Positions 14,142 to 27,519 are shown, numbered from the whole stretch's first letter. The stretch is DNA of 63,043 nucleotides, filler included, from Reticulomyxa filosa (GCA_000512085.1; 24 parts of 24 records of this genome joined end to end with filler, not necessarily neighbours in it), one strand, 5' to 3'. The notes: generated by a model from the sequence alone, not told the origin. A program made the numbers and translations.

Positions 14142-14954
14142 TTGCACATACACATATATATATGTATACATTTTTTTTTTTTTTAATGGGCAAAAAAAAA
14201 AAGTAAACTGCTTTGCAAGGGTTCTTGCTGTTGGAACCAGTAGCAAGCAATGACATTTAGCAAGGATGCAAATTTGGAATCTTTGGCATGCTTTTGTCGT
14301 TTGTGTGAACTAAGAAAAGCAGACTCATTAATGTTACTATCATTTGGAGCACCCCTTGTTGCCACTCCACTCTCAATAGGATGCCTGCCGTCCAAAGTTG
14401 TCGTCGTTGCAAGTGTCGTGGCTGTTGGTATCGTGGTCTGTGTTTTGACAAACGCCCATTTCAAATTGGGGTGCCAACGCAAAAAGTGGTCGTTTTTATG
14501 TCGTTTTCGATAGACGGTGTGGCCATTGGCAATGGACTGCTCACGGCGATAAATGCCATTCAATTCACATATTTCCATCAGCTTGCTGTGCTTATGCTTT
14601 TTATGGTTATTGTTATTGTTATTGTTATTGTCATTGCCATTGTTGTTGTTATTCGCATTACCGTGGTTACTGTTATCATTGCCATTGCCATTATTGCCAT
14701 TATTGCCATTGTCATTGTTATTGTTATTGTTATTGTCAGCGGCGTGGGGATGAACATAACCAAATCCGGTAACATACACATACACTGGTGTGTTGACCAT
14801 TATTTCGGTCCACTGCAATTGCATGTCATTGTGGGCAAGTATTTCTGCCTGCAAGTGCTTTTGCAATGACAAAGTGCTGCTTGCACGGTAGACGCATCCG
14901 CATTTGTGATACGGACATTTGGTCTTGCTTCTTATCTTCAAGTTCGTCCGCTCA

Positions 14955-14995
<41 letters not shown>

Positions 14996-15804
14996 ACTCT
15001 CACTCTGTCGCACCTCTGTGTCCTTTTCCATCGCGTCCTCACCACCGTCATAGTCTTCATAACCATCGTAGTAATCTTCAATACCACGTGCCCGTAACGT
15101 TTGCATTGTTTGATCCTTTATTTAATAAATAAATAAATATATACACACATATATTTATTTATTTATTTTTATATATATTTTTTTTTTTTTTGAATGAACA
15201 AACTTGCAAATGGAACAAAGGATGAAAAGACGGTAATGCAATGGATGTGTGTCGAGTATGGACTTCCTTTGGGAGCGAGAGTGTAAAGCTTCGACAACGC
15301 GACTTTTCCAACTTAGTGACAGACTCGTGTTGCTGCAGCTGCAGCGATTGCTGTTGCTGTTGCTGTTGCTGGCTTGTACTGTGGTCATAGGTGGGACCCT
15401 CTCGAAGCGCATTGGAATTGGCTTCCGTGTCATACAAGTTCTTTTGTGAATCGCTGTATCGTCTATTGATAACGCGACTGGACAAGTGCTTTTTGTGAAG
15501 CCCATTGAGTGCCACTGTTGCTGCCGCTGTGGACGACGAGGAGGAAGAGGAAGAGGAAGAGGAAGAGGACGAACATGCCGATGAAGACGATCCACGGTGC
15601 CATTGCAACTGTCCTTGACCTTGTGGCTGTGAATGCAGTTGCAAAGGAGGGAACGCTTCTGACCCATGTGACAATGATGCCAGTGTTACATTAGTATAAG
15701 GCAGTGAAGACATGTGTGACGACAACGACGAAGACGACGGATTGTAATGCGAGCCGAAGGAATTGGACCTCAAAGTCTTGACTCCAACCGAAGAAAATGA
15801 AGAA
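13609..15804 (-). CDS. Hypothetical low-complexity protein (poly-S/Q/D/N) with a TRAF-like zinc-finger remnant; 5'-truncated, multi-exon
   Basis: ORFs 15159-15773, 14183-15106 and 13609-14064 separated by AT/TA-repeat introns. Contains CPYHKCGCVY...LQKHLQAEILAHN and two related NGxY segments (LNGIYRRE, INGFYQKQ). Confidence 0.6.
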
Positions 15805-16018
15805 NNNNNNNNNNNNNNNNNNNNNNNNNNNNNNNNNNNNNNNNNNNNTTAATTAATTAANNNNNNNNNNNNNNNNNNNNNNNNNNNNNNNNNNNNNNNN
15901 NNNNTTTTTTTCCCCCCCCCCCCCCCTTTTTTTTTTTTTTTTTTTTTGTTTTGGAAAACATTTATACATTATTTCAATCCTTGACATGTACAAACAATAA
16001 ACAATAACAAATTGTAGC

Positions 16019-16666
16019 TCAATGAAGGCGGTGAAAGAATGCATTCTCTTGGAAAAGTCGAACTTGTTACATCTGAAATACAGAGAAATCTCAACATTGG
16101 CATTGATATGGCCAATTTCTTTGATTACTTCCATCAAGGACCCAACCACTACGATGCTGCTTTGCAAACAATCGCTCGTGCGCAACTCATACCCTTCACG
16201 CTTTCTTCCATTTCCATTGACATCTCTAGACGTGAACAAATGCTGGCGTCGTTCCGGGAACATGTGCGTCGTTTAGTCAAGGACCTCCAAAATCATTTGA
16301 CCTCCATTTGTCTTGGCGTCATGAAAATTCTTGCTTTTCAAATGGATACGATCAAACGAGACTTGCAATACAATCCAATGTTGGGAAGAAGAAGTATTGC
16401 AAACCCCCAAGTTATATATGTCCATTTTATATGTAATAACCGAAATCATCGTTATCATTTTTTTTCATTTTGAATTTGATATATACATACATATAACTCT
16501 CTTGTGTTCATTTTTATTTTTTACTCAATAGCAATTAGAAACTCTTTCTGCGCAGTGCTATGCTGTTTATTCCTTTTATGGAGACTTAGTTGGAAATAAG
16601 TTGATGACCTCTTCACAAACCAACAAAGAAATGCAACAATTATACATGCAAACCAGATTCGAATAA
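16019..16666 (+). CDS. NUP93: Nucleoporin Nup93/Nic96 C-terminal part (5'-truncated)
   Basis: FFDYFHQG...YDAALQTIARAQLIPF...LQNHLTSICLGVMKIL, then an intron, then LETLSAQCYAVYSFYG...SSQTNKEMQQLY; parallels the Nup93 C-terminus; TAA at 16664-16666. Confidence 0.7.
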
Positions 16667-17369
16667 GTCTTTTTTTCATTCGCCGCTCCTTCCTTTGCCT
16701 TCCGTCGTCAATTCATTCAATTATTAAATTTCAACGGGGAAACCGTGTAGTGTGTGTTTTTTCTTAACCATGTTTATTTAACACTTTTTTTATTTCTTTG
16801 CAGATGTCTTATTTTCTTTTTATTTGTTGGCAGAATTTTTATATTTATCCACTTGGTGGTCTGGAAGGAGAATTATTAAGAAAAATTGCAGATTCACCAA
16901 GGAAAACTTTTTGAAATTAAAACACTTCGACATACAAGTTTTCTTGTTATGAATTGTACAATCTTCGTTACAATTCAATACAACTGCCGAATGACAAACA
17001 GTACAAAATCAATAAAAAACAGTAAAGTGGATAAAGAATCTTTGCAATATTGATAAGAACTACCTTTTGAAGGATAGATTACCACTGGAAGAGAGTAAAT
17101 ATTTCACAAAAGCAACTGTAAAAATTTACACCTTAAATCTGGGAAAGATTCATTGAAAATAAATAAATACTTAATCTGAATGTTGTATTTTTTTTCCTCC
17201 TCAAAATGCATCCTTCTGCTAAAACGCAACACACTTACTGAGCCTTTAAAAAGCCAAACGTTCACTATATTTCGATTTTAAAAAAAAAATAATCAACGCA
17301 CAACTTGGGCCATACTGTGCAAAAAAAATAAATTGACATAGCTCAGGATTTTGACATTAGACAAAAGAA

Positions 17370-18088
17370 ATGTTGCGAACAAAAACAAAAACACCAAAAA
17401 TCAACGTTGACCGCACGCAAGGATTTGACATTGGCCGTGCGTCAACATCGGCACAGATTCAAGTGGACCGAATATCCTCACAAATAAAAAAAAAAATTCA
17501 AGCTCCAGTTGGCAGTTGGATACCGCAGTTAATTTGGGTTGTGTGTTTGTGTCAGTTTTGCGAAGGCAAGAGAAGAAATGGAATATAAAATGAAGAGAAT
17601 AAGACGAAAACGTTTTGATTTGTGGGGCATAGATTGTGCGGTGTGTTATTTTTGGCACTGTGCATAATTGGCCTGTGTTATGTAGCAATAGGTTTTATTT
17701 CTGATGACCAGAAGCAATCCCATACCGGACCAGGTATGTCACGCGTCCAAGGTCATTCTTCTCCAATTCATAGAGGTGTGTTACTGTATAACCCGACAAA
17801 CATATGTGTGTATATATATTTATATTTATATGTATGTGTTGTCTTGCAAGCAACAAGCATTGATCATGCTCGTCTTCACAACACTCACCAATCAGATGAC
17901 AATGTGAACAACGCAGTCGATCCAAATGAAAGGATGACTCCGCCACAATATCGGCGATCAAGTGGAATGGACCAAGACGCGGCGGGAGAAAGAAGAGGAA
18001 ATGCAGACAATGCGCGTAATGCACGCATGCGAAATCGATTTAACAACAATAACAATGACAATGTGCAAGATCGTTCATCCGATAATGC

Positions 18089-18133
<45 letters not shown>

Positions 18134-18233
18134 TAATAATAATAATAACGAAAAAGAGAGACCTCATATCATTGATAGAAGCCAACGTAACAATGCCAAC
18201 GCTAATGCCAACGTTAACATTAATGTCAACGCC
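17370..18233 (+). CDS. Hypothetical single-pass membrane protein with Asn-rich stem (3'-truncated)
   Basis: MLRTK...GSWIPQ can splice (GTTAAT...GGCATAG) to hydrophobic LCGVLFLALCIIGLCYVAIGFI; followed by (AAT)n-encoded poly-N. Confidence 0.5.
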
Positions 18234-19521
18234 NNNNNNNNNNNNNNNNNNNNNNNNNNNNNNNNNNNNNNNNNNNNTTAATTAATTAANNNNNNNNNNN
18301 NNNNNNNNNNNNNNNNNNNNNNNNNNNNNNNNNTTGTCTCTATCGATGAAATATTTCATTGTTGGAGACCGAACATGATTAGGATCAAGGTTGTCAAGGC
18401 AGCAGCGAAGTTCGTTAAGAGAAAGATTTCAATCTAAATCGATTAACTGTAATGTTTTTCTTTAATTACTTTTGTGGTCGTTGTAAGATTTTGTGAGGCT
18501 CTTTCTTTTGTTTTTTGTCTTCTTTTGAGTATTGTGTTCTATTTCTTAGAACGAGGTAGTCTTTTAACTTGAAAGACCTGGTTTATGCAGGTAGATATGG
18601 AAAAAAGAATTGCAACTTGAGGATGAAGCGATAGAATAGTCCGACTCTACCCCCCACTGCAAACCACCTTTTCCACCAATTTCAACACAGATTGTGAAGA
18701 TTTTAATAATTTCCACTGGTGTGATCACGAGTGTAGGAGATGCCCGACAGAAGTAATCTTCTTTGTTTCCAAATATTGTCGTCGTTCAATTTTTGTTTCT
18801 TTTCATCTTAAGTTATTTTGACATATTACTTGCAATAAAATAAATATTGTAAAGTTTTATATGCGGATTACGCAAGTTATTAATTATTTATTTATTTTGT
18901 GTTACATGTCTAAAATCATAGTAGATATTGTAAAGAATTAATACTGTCATACCTAGTGTAAATGAGACCTGCCAAGATTGTGTAGTAAGGGATTGCAATG
19001 CTTAGTTTGTGATCATCTGGGCCTACCAGGTGCGAATTCGATCTACACTGAATATTGAGTACTTCAGCAACAATATTTATATATAAATATATAATGTAAA
19101 AAATATTTTTAAATTCTGAAATTACAGAATAAAATTTCTAGAATTCTGACACAAATTTTCAATTTATTTTCTTCTGGTTCTGGGGAACTTGCTGTTAAAT
19201 ATACTATTTCTAGTAAGTAAAACTTAATACTTATTTCTTTAACCTTTTTTTCTTGTAATCTTTTCCTTTACTTACTTTTATAATAAACCTCAAACTTTTA
19301 AAAAATCGGAATTTATATTCACGTAAAAGCGCACTTAAAGATAAACTAAAAACTAAAAAACTGAAACAAGAACTAAGAGTTTTTTCTTTTGAACTTCATG
19401 TACTTTTTCCTTTGAAATTTTNNNNNNNNNNNNNNNNNNNNNNNNNNNNNNNNNNNNNNNNNNNNTTAATTAATTAANNNNNNNNNNNNNNNNNNNNNNN
19501 NNNNNNNNNNNNNNNNNNNNN

Positions 19522-20229
19522 TGTCGCACGTGCTCAAATCGATACATGCAGCATCGTTTTGGTCCACAAACACATGCGTTTTGTTGTCCAGTCGGTGCGC
19601 TCTGCGAATCGACTCGTTCCATCCCACGAATTTCAGTTTGTACGTACTCGACTCTTCGATCACATGTTGCTCTTTCAAATCCCCGTCCAATGACTTTGTT
19701 ACACCACACACACACGTCATAACATATATTTATTTATTTAGATTTGTGAAAACACTTTTGCAATTCCAAAGGAATAACAAAATATATATATATATATATA
19801 TATGTAAATGTAAAGTGTTTTGTTGCGTTGTACAAAACTTCTAAACCAAATCGACTTTTGATGACAGTGAGCAAATCTCGGCCAAATTTAGCTTTTGAAG
19901 GTTTGATGAATGAACCTTGGTTGGTAGGACAAGTGTAGTAGCGTACCGTCTTTTGTTTATTTTATTGCTTTGTTTATTTGTTTATTGTTTGCTAAATAAC
20001 TTTGGCTTAATTCACGGTTTTTTCATTTAACTTGGCCGTCGGTGCTTGTTACTGAACCGTCGTGCTTTCCTCGGTCCTTGGTCTCCCACTCAATTCCGAA
20101 CCACACCGTGCTTGCACTTTGTGAGGTTATCACTGGACCAACATAACGGATTAGCCCATAGCTGCCATCGCATTCTATTCTTTCTCCAATTTTGTCTTCG
20201 AAGCTCTTGTCTTGGAACGAGTCAGACAT
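19522..20229 (-). CDS. TBCE: Tubulin-specific chaperone E, N-terminal CAP-Gly region (3'-truncated)
   Basis: IGERIECDGSYGLIRYVGPV...WFGIEWETKDRGKHDGS, intron, YYTCPTNQGSFIKPSKAKFGRDLLTVIKSRF, then LKFVGWNESIRRAHRLDN; matches the TBCE CAP-Gly-to-LRR junction. Confidence 0.85.
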
Positions 20230-20712
20230 TATTTTTTTTCCCTCAAGGTTGGGTCTTTTTTTAGATAAGTCTTGCAAACTGGACCGATTGAATGAGAAGA
20301 AATTTCCGAGTCCTAATATGGCGTGACGTGATGAAAAAATGTTTATAAGCTTTGCTCCATTTAAAAAATGAAAAAAATATAAAGTGGAACCAAAATTGTC
20401 GTCAACAACGAAAACTAACAATGACAATGAAAGGTTTGGACATTGAGATCCGAGAGCAGGTTCATCCCAAGAAAGAACAAGAACATAAACACGAATCGTC
20501 TTCAAAAAAAAAAAAAAAAAAAAAAAAAGAAGGGGGGGAGGGTGAGAGGGTAATATTATGCACATAAAAAAAAAAAGTGAGGGGGGGGGGGAGTGGANNN
20601 NNNNNNNNNNNNNNNNNNNNNNNNNNNNNNNNNNNNNNNNNTTAATTAATTAANNNNNNNNNNNNNNNNNNNNNNNNNNNNNNNNNNNNNNNNNNNNTTT
20701 TTTAAAAAGGGG

Positions 20713-20745
<33 letters not shown>

Positions 20746-20809
20746 AGGAATAAACAATCATTTAATATACACGTATGTACATATGTATACACATATTTGA
20801 GTAACGTAC

Positions 20810-21099
20810 CAATTTGTCCCAAATACGAGTTGATATGCAGTGGCAACTCTTCTGTGCCCAATGTGCCTTTCGATGCTAGCTTTTTAGACATCCCCGTAAA
20901 CCCACTGACGTCTGCAAATAGTGTCGCGGAATAAAATGTTTCACAGTAAGGCACTTTTATTTTTTTTTCTCTATCAAGGGCGTGCTTCACGATCTCGGGG
21001 CACGAAAGAGGTCAATGCTTGTGCATATACTTCATTGACCTTTTCCGATTCTGGTGCCAAAGGAGCACGAACAAAGGTTTGTGAGGTAGTCGCTTTCAT
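20810..21099 (-). CDS. Class III nucleotide cyclase, soluble adenylate cyclase (ADCY10)-like, first exon; one homopolymer frameshift near 20997-21000
   Basis: LTSFVP(E)IVKH...SATLFADVSGFTGMSKKLASKGTLGTEELPLHINSYLGQI, the catalytic FADVSGFT motif; GT donor at 20809. Confidence 0.8.
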
Positions 21100-21607
21100 A
21101 AATTATTGCTTTCTAGATTGATCATTTGCGAAATAATCAAGTTTTCATTAAGGGGAAAAAAAAGAGGAAATCTCGACTGTGTTGTTTTCACTATTGTTAT
21201 TTCTCCAATGAAAAAAAAATGAACAAACAAACAGTCAAGTTAAATGTGTTTTATTCTCAATGAGTTCATGTCTAAAAAAAAGAAAAACAGTATTTTGAAA
21301 CTGCCACAAGGAGACGAAGTTTTCTGTTGTTCACAGCTAATTTGCAAAGTGTTGTGGAGAATGGGCCACAAACACCAACCAGAAAGTGCAAAAAAAAAAC
21401 ACACAAAAACACAAACAAAAAAAAAAACAAGAAAACAGCAATATCTTTTAAATTAACACTTGCAAGGATGAAAAATAAATATACTTGTGCGGAATTTTTC
21501 TCCATTGACCCAAAGCGACCAAAATTAATTGAAGACGAAGAAGAAAAGATATCATTATTCACATAAAAAAAAAAAAAAAGATTTTCTTTGTTTTTTAAAC
21601 GTATTTT

Positions 21608-22319
21608 TTAGTTTTCCATATTTTCAACATTTTTAAAGTATTCTTCGTCTGGCATTTGATATTCTTCGACAAAATATTTGTCGGAGAAATTCAATATTGA
21701 CCTTACCCAATAAAAAAACATACAAAAAAAAAAAAAAAAAAGTGAGTGAGTTTTTATTATTGTGCCCTTTTTTTTTTTTTTTTTTGGTAGTGATAAAGAA
21801 AAAAAAAAAAAAAAAGTTTGACAAGGACAAACAAAGAGATAAAAAGTTGAAACTGAATGATATTTCGAATTTCATTTTCCAAAGCCACGCGAGTTTGTTG
21901 GTCTAATTCTTTGGGATTTAATAGATGAGGTAGTTTGACTATCACAATTTAAAAGTGCACATATGTGTCATTATATTAATATGATGTATAATTTTGTTGA
22001 GATCATTAACACTGTGAAAAAGGATCAAAACAAAGTAAAGCAAAGCAAAACAAAGTGAAGTTGTGACAGACCAAATAAGCGGCACAAATGTTCGACACCA
22101 TAGATTTGAGACATTTTCAGATGGGGATGTTGTGTAAGAACGTCGTGGTGCAAAGGTCGTTCGAATTTGTACAAGAGTGTGACTTCCAGCGCTTGGTCAA
22201 AGTAGTCTTTCAAGCCGTGAACTATGTCTTTGTTAATTTGAGAGTGGTTGCCGTGTTCACAATAGTGATTTAGCACATCAACCACGCGCTGTCCATTTTC
22301 TCGCGGCAACTTCATCAGC
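21608..22319 (-). CDS. MRG-domain chromatin protein (MRG15/Eaf3-like), C-terminal part
   Basis: LMKLPR...GLKDYFDQALEVTLLYKFERP...MSQIYGVEHLCRLF|VKLPHLL is the MRG-domain signature; TAA at 21608-21610. Confidence 0.85.
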
Positions 22320-23949
22320 TAGTGTTTGTATGGAAAAAAAGTGGGGGGGGNNNNNNNNNNNNNNNNNNNNNNNNNNNNNNNNNNNNNNNNNNNNTTAATT
22401 AATTAANNNNNNNNNNNNNNNNNNNNNNNNNNNNNNNNNNNNNNNNNNNNATGCATTGTCTTAATACTTGTTATTGTTTCAGACAAATGCACACTCATCC
22501 CCTGAGATTTATTTACCATCATATTCACACATAATCAATTCTTCCCAGTGACCAATAGATTTTTCCAGAGGCACTCGTATCTATCAACTTTTTCACCAAC
22601 AAATAAACAATGCATAATCAGGAATATTTGACCAAACACACATATATTTAAACATAGGCTCCAAACTTTCAAAGCCAATTTATTCCGTGCAAAGTGCGTG
22701 TTTCAGTCGCCAACAACACAATCGATATTTTTCTCTTGATTTTCAATTGCCGTCCCATCTGGATCATTCATTTTTTTATGTGTTTGTCGGGAATGTCTCT
22801 TTTTTTTAGTTTTCCTCCACAATGGCTACGCTAAATGCGGTCGATTCCCACTCCTGGAATGTTCAGAAATTATGATTGAAGATTTACATGTTTTGATAAT
22901 GTATCATCGGATTGATTGTGTGTACTGATTTTTCATCGTTTTTAGTATCAAATGTTTTTTCCACTTATGATAATTCCAAAAAAAAGTAAGTCATTGATAA
23001 CTTTGTTATTCTTTGTTTTTTTTTTGGACAGTCAAAGTGTTGAAGTATTAGATTCGAAATTTTTTGAATGAGTTTGGTTTATTTCTTTGTTTGGTTACAA
23101 TACAGTGACAGAAAATACATAAAAACATGATCTAATAAAAAAATTTTTTGGTAAAAAAGTGCTAAAAAAAACAAACTGGTACGTACATTTCCATTGAGAA
23201 ACTTCGTTGTAACAATTGACTCCCACTGTTGTGGTGATTTTTTGTAATTTCACGTACTAATTGTTATGGACAATCAATTTCGATCGATAAACAGAAGATA
23301 ATATTGTAAACTTTGTTTTTGATTGTGAAAATGGCGTATAATCGAATACCTAGCCTATTTATAAATAATTTCATGGGTTTACACTGACTCTATTCTTTCT
23401 TCTTCGGCAGTTGTAACATTTTTGTAGAGGAATACATCGGTGAAGGAGCTTTTCATGTTGTATATGTTTGGCTTGTTAGATTGTTTGAAGAGAGAATAGC
23501 CAAACCATCTTCGTAATGTCCAAAAAAACTTTTTCTAAAAAGGGAAAACTTTTTCTCTTCTAGAGAAAAGTCGTTACTCAAGAAAAGTAAGTATTCGTTC
23601 CAAAAAAACAATTCTAATTTTCAAATTACCTGTTTTCACAATTACAGAACAAAAAATGAAATATTATACAAAAATTTTAATAATTATATTTTTCAAGTTG
23701 TTTTTGTCAAAATATTCCAAAAAATTGCAAATTTAAATCTTTTTTATAAAAATATATGAGTTTTGCATTTACGTCTTGCTTAAGGAAAAAAGGTCTTTTT
23801 TTTTTTCTTTGGTTGTATCTTCTCGCACCAGTCTGTAATTAGTGCGATATTCGCCCTCTTCAACAACACTGGTATGTCTTTTTTTCTTTTTTTAAATTAA
23901 TTTTGCAACTTAAAAGACTGTTTGTTTTTTTTTTGAACAGACCTCGCAA

Positions 23950-24255
23950 TCTGATAAAAAAAATGATTGTTTTTTTATTTGGATGCTTTGCATCCTTCAG
24001 CAAAAGAAAAAAAATAATTGAATATGGGGTAAGGCCCCCCGTCTCCACAAGGAGAAAAAAAGGTTTGTCATGTTTGTATATATTCATTTTTTTTAAAAAA
24101 TTTGTGATTTTCTTAATAACAGCCGAAGCCCGTCAAAAAATTGTTTTTTTATGGATGTCTTGCATCCTTCAACAAAAGAGAGGAAAAAAATTGAATATGG
24201 GGTGCCCCCCGTCTCCGCAAGGAGTAATAAAGGTTTGATATATATATCTATTTTA
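23950..24255. repeat. Diverged direct duplication, ~125-bp unit, copies ~175 bp apart
   Basis: Both copies (~23955-24080 and ~24135-24250) contain GGATG..TTGCATCCTTCA.CAAAAGA...TTGAATATGGGGT..CCCCCCGTCTCC.CAAGGAG...AAAGGTTTG. Confidence 0.75.
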
Positions 24256-25460
24256 TCACAACTAATTTTGTTTTTTTTTAACAATAGCATCAACCCGTTT
24301 GTTCAAAAAAAAAAACAACTGTATACGTCCCCGTCCCCATCAACTACAAAGAAAAACTTAGGAGTTGAAGCCACCCCACATTGAAGAAAAAATAAAAGAG
24401 TTTGTATTTTTTTTTATTTTTATTTTTTTTTTTAATCAAATATTTGTGTGCTTGTAAATAGGCACGCCCCATAAAAAAAACTCTATGTGTCCCCTCCCCC
24501 ATAACAAAAGAAAAAAAAAACAGATTTGGAATTGGAGCTTCTGTCTCCACACCAAAAGTATCATTTTTTACTTTTTCTTTAAAAAATAAAAATATTATTT
24601 AATTTGTGATTGTGTGTATAGGAAACAATATCAAGTAACAATTGGAAAGTTTTTGTTATTTATTTTTTATTTATGTTTGAGGTAGGGATAGTGAACTTGG
24701 GGGAAAGAAAATATATGAATGGGAAAAAAAGGGGTTAAAATTTTTTTTAAGAAAAATGTAAAAAGAAGAATGAGAAAATGAAAAAAAAGATTAAAAAATA
24801 TTATAAAAAGAAAAAGAAAAAAATGAAAAAAAAGATCCAAAAATATTTGAAAAAAGAAAAAAAATGATTGAAAAAGGAAAAAAAAAGATTAAAAAGAGAA
24901 AAAAAAAGAAAAAAAAAAAGAAAAAAAAGAAAAGAAAAAAGAGAAAAAAAAGGATATGAAAAAGNNNNNNNNNNNNNNNNNNNNNNNNNNNNNNNNNNNN
25001 NNNNNNNNTTAATTAATTAANNNNNNNNNNNNNNNNNNNNNNNNNNNNNNNNNNNNNNNNNNNNTTGTTATTTTATATAGTGAAATTAATTGTCTAATAT
25101 TGTCATTTGTTTGCAGCTATTAAAATTGTTCATATATTTTTTCAAATTCTCAATTGACTATATCACATATTACTATTTCGAAGTACTTGACCGTATTACT
25201 GTTTGCCGAGATTATAGTAAAAGTGAAATTATTGTTTATTTAAAATTAAAGATTAATACAACAAAGTGTAAATATATTGCTGATAATTTATTGTTGAAAT
25301 GTACAAATTATGAAATATTACGCATTGCATGTTGCAGTGAAAGAATTGTTGCTCATTTTCAATTTACAATATCAAAATTAAAAAGTTTGATAATTAGATA
25401 CAAAAAATTGGCATAAAGAATAATCAATTGTCAAACAAATATCAAAATTTGTATTAGATA

Positions 25461-25652
25461 CAGTAAGTTGCAAAGAAAACTGAACGCCTAAAACATATTT
25501 TATGATGATAATTGATTTTATCAATGAAAAATCAACATTTAAACCTAATTTTTTTAAAAAAAAATTATGCCTAAATGTTGACTTTTCATTGATAAAATCA
25601 ATTATCATCATAAGATATGTTTTAGGCGTTCAGTTTTCTTTGCAACATACTG
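25461..25652. mobile_element. Foldback MITE (192-bp near-perfect palindrome), Tc1/mariner-type ends
   Basis: TA|CAGTAAGTTGCAAAGAAAACTGAACGCCTAAAACATAT...ATATGTTTTAGGCGTTCAGTTTTCTTTGCAACATACTG|TA; arms pair through to the central T7/A9 run; TA at 25459-25460 and 25653-25654. Confidence 0.85.
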
Positions 25653-26105
25653 TAATTTACTTTATTGAAAATTTATTCCAGTAACAGCTCTTTTGAATTA
25701 CATTCATTTCATTTAAGTTTTTGTAATTTCTTTTTGCAATTTTCTTTAATGTATGCCATTAATTAGATCTACATTAACGCTACAAGTTTTTTTCATTTAA
25801 TCAGATATTAAAAACTAATTTTTTCTTATTATAATCATTGTAATAACTACAACACTTTTAAGCTTTCTTTACATTATTTTTAAGTAACTTTTGAATAAAC
25901 AATAACTGTACATACTCACTGATATGCTTTCTTGTCTTAATAGAGCTTTATTTAACTGATGCACAAATAGTGACAAGATTGATAACGTTGTATCTATTTG
26001 TGCATCTGAACTAGTTAACCTTTTTTTTTTTGTTGATTATTTTTGATGAGTTTTGTTTAAATGGAAAAAAATTCGAATTGAACAATAAATAAATAAGCAT
26101 AAAAA

Positions 26106-26655
26106 ATGGTTATGTATTTTCGTGAAGGAGAAGAGGACGAAGACAGGTTAAAAAAAAAGCTTATAGAAATGAATCTTAAAAAGGAAATCCCCTAAATAAT
26201 AATAGAATGCATCCTACAAAAGCATTATACTTTGAAACATATGATACATCAACCCCACAAGGTTCCCACATTGGACTCTTGGTACATGGAAGCGGTAGTA
26301 CCTTATATGACAAGTCATCGTTGTTATTTGACTGGTTGGACAAGCAGCAACTGTGCAGGAAGATTTACTCCATCGAGCTGCCTAATCACGGACATAATCT
26401 GAAGGAAGCAGGAGATTCTCTAAGAGAGCCGGAGCCAACAAGTAAGCACTTGGAGCAATTTAAAAAAACGTTGGAAGCACTACCACTTGACAAAGAGAAA
26501 GTGATAATTGTCTCATTTTCATTCGGGTCATCCCTTGTGTTAAAAAACATCGCGTACATCACACAGCGAATATCCAAGACCGACTCCTTGATACTCAACA
26601 TTGCACCTGTCGTAATAGCACCAGAAAATATGACATATCCAGCTGCAAAATATGG
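26106..26655 (+). CDS. Alpha/beta-hydrolase-fold protein (3'-truncated)
   Basis: MVMYFREGEEDEDR spliced to MHPTK...LLVHGSGS...IELPNHG...VIIVSFSFGS (nucleophile-elbow-like) ...NIAP. Confidence 0.7.
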
Positions 26656-27519
26656 TTCATCATATACACATACATATACATATATATGTACATATATATA
26701 TATATATATGTCTATATAGTATAGAGCCTAGNNNNNNNNNNNNNNNNNNNNNNNNNNNNNNNNNNNNNNNNNNNNTTAATTAATTAANNNNNNNNNNNNN
26801 NNNNNNNNNNNNNNNNNNNNNNNNNNNNNNNTGATACAATTCGACCATTGAAGGCAACATTTGTCAGTATTTATAGTTTTACTTGTCCAAATATCCCACA
26901 ATTTTCAGAGAAAGTGGAATAATATTTCCATTTGCAACTTTGTGTCGTCGTGCTAATTCCCAGTGGAAAATATTTTGAAATGAATCGTTAGATGTTGGTG
27001 ATTTTATTTTGGAAATTTATTTGTACAATAAAAAATTCGATATATCAAATGGAATGTTATGAAAAGTGTTGAAAAAAGAGATATTTGGAGGTAATTGGGA
27101 ACGACAAGCCAAGAGAACTCAGATCTCTTTTTAATTACTATTTTTTCAAAAAAAGGAAATTAGAAGATCCAAATAAAAATGAGTATTTTTTTTCTTCTCA
27201 GTGTTATCCTGTCAGGATTTAACTTTGTGATAATTGGAATTTGATTTTGATTAATTTTAACCAATGTGTTTCTTTTGAATTAGTTAAATATAGTACTTCC
27301 CCCAAGAAACAAAGTAGAAAATTCAAAAATTTTTGTGAAAAAATCACACTATCCTCAAACATTAATAAGGACTTTATCTGAACCATAAAACAGATTAATG
27401 CCCCAACCATGACTATCATTCTTTTTTTTAATTGTAAAAATTTAAAACATGTTATTCCACTCTTTTTTTTCATCTCCTTTTATTAGATGTAATTCTTTTT
27501 CATTTGATCAAATATCCCA

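Noticed and set aside
14381-14869. Hydrophobic antisense ORFs (poly-V/I/L/F; also 62393-62911 and 17885-18133)
   Set aside because: Shadows of poly-N/D/E codon runs on the real coding strand.
22560-22730. Minus-strand VVGD*NTH resembling the APE-endonuclease GDFN motif
   Set aside because: Neighbouring motifs are not in the expected order and there is no sustained frame.
24700-24964. Long A/G-rich tract
   Set aside because: Low-complexity sequence at a contig end, likely poor quality; no defined unit.
25378-25684. Two near-identical ORFs on opposite strands (MIIDFINEKSTF...)
   Set aside because: A by-product of the palindromic MITE, not genes.
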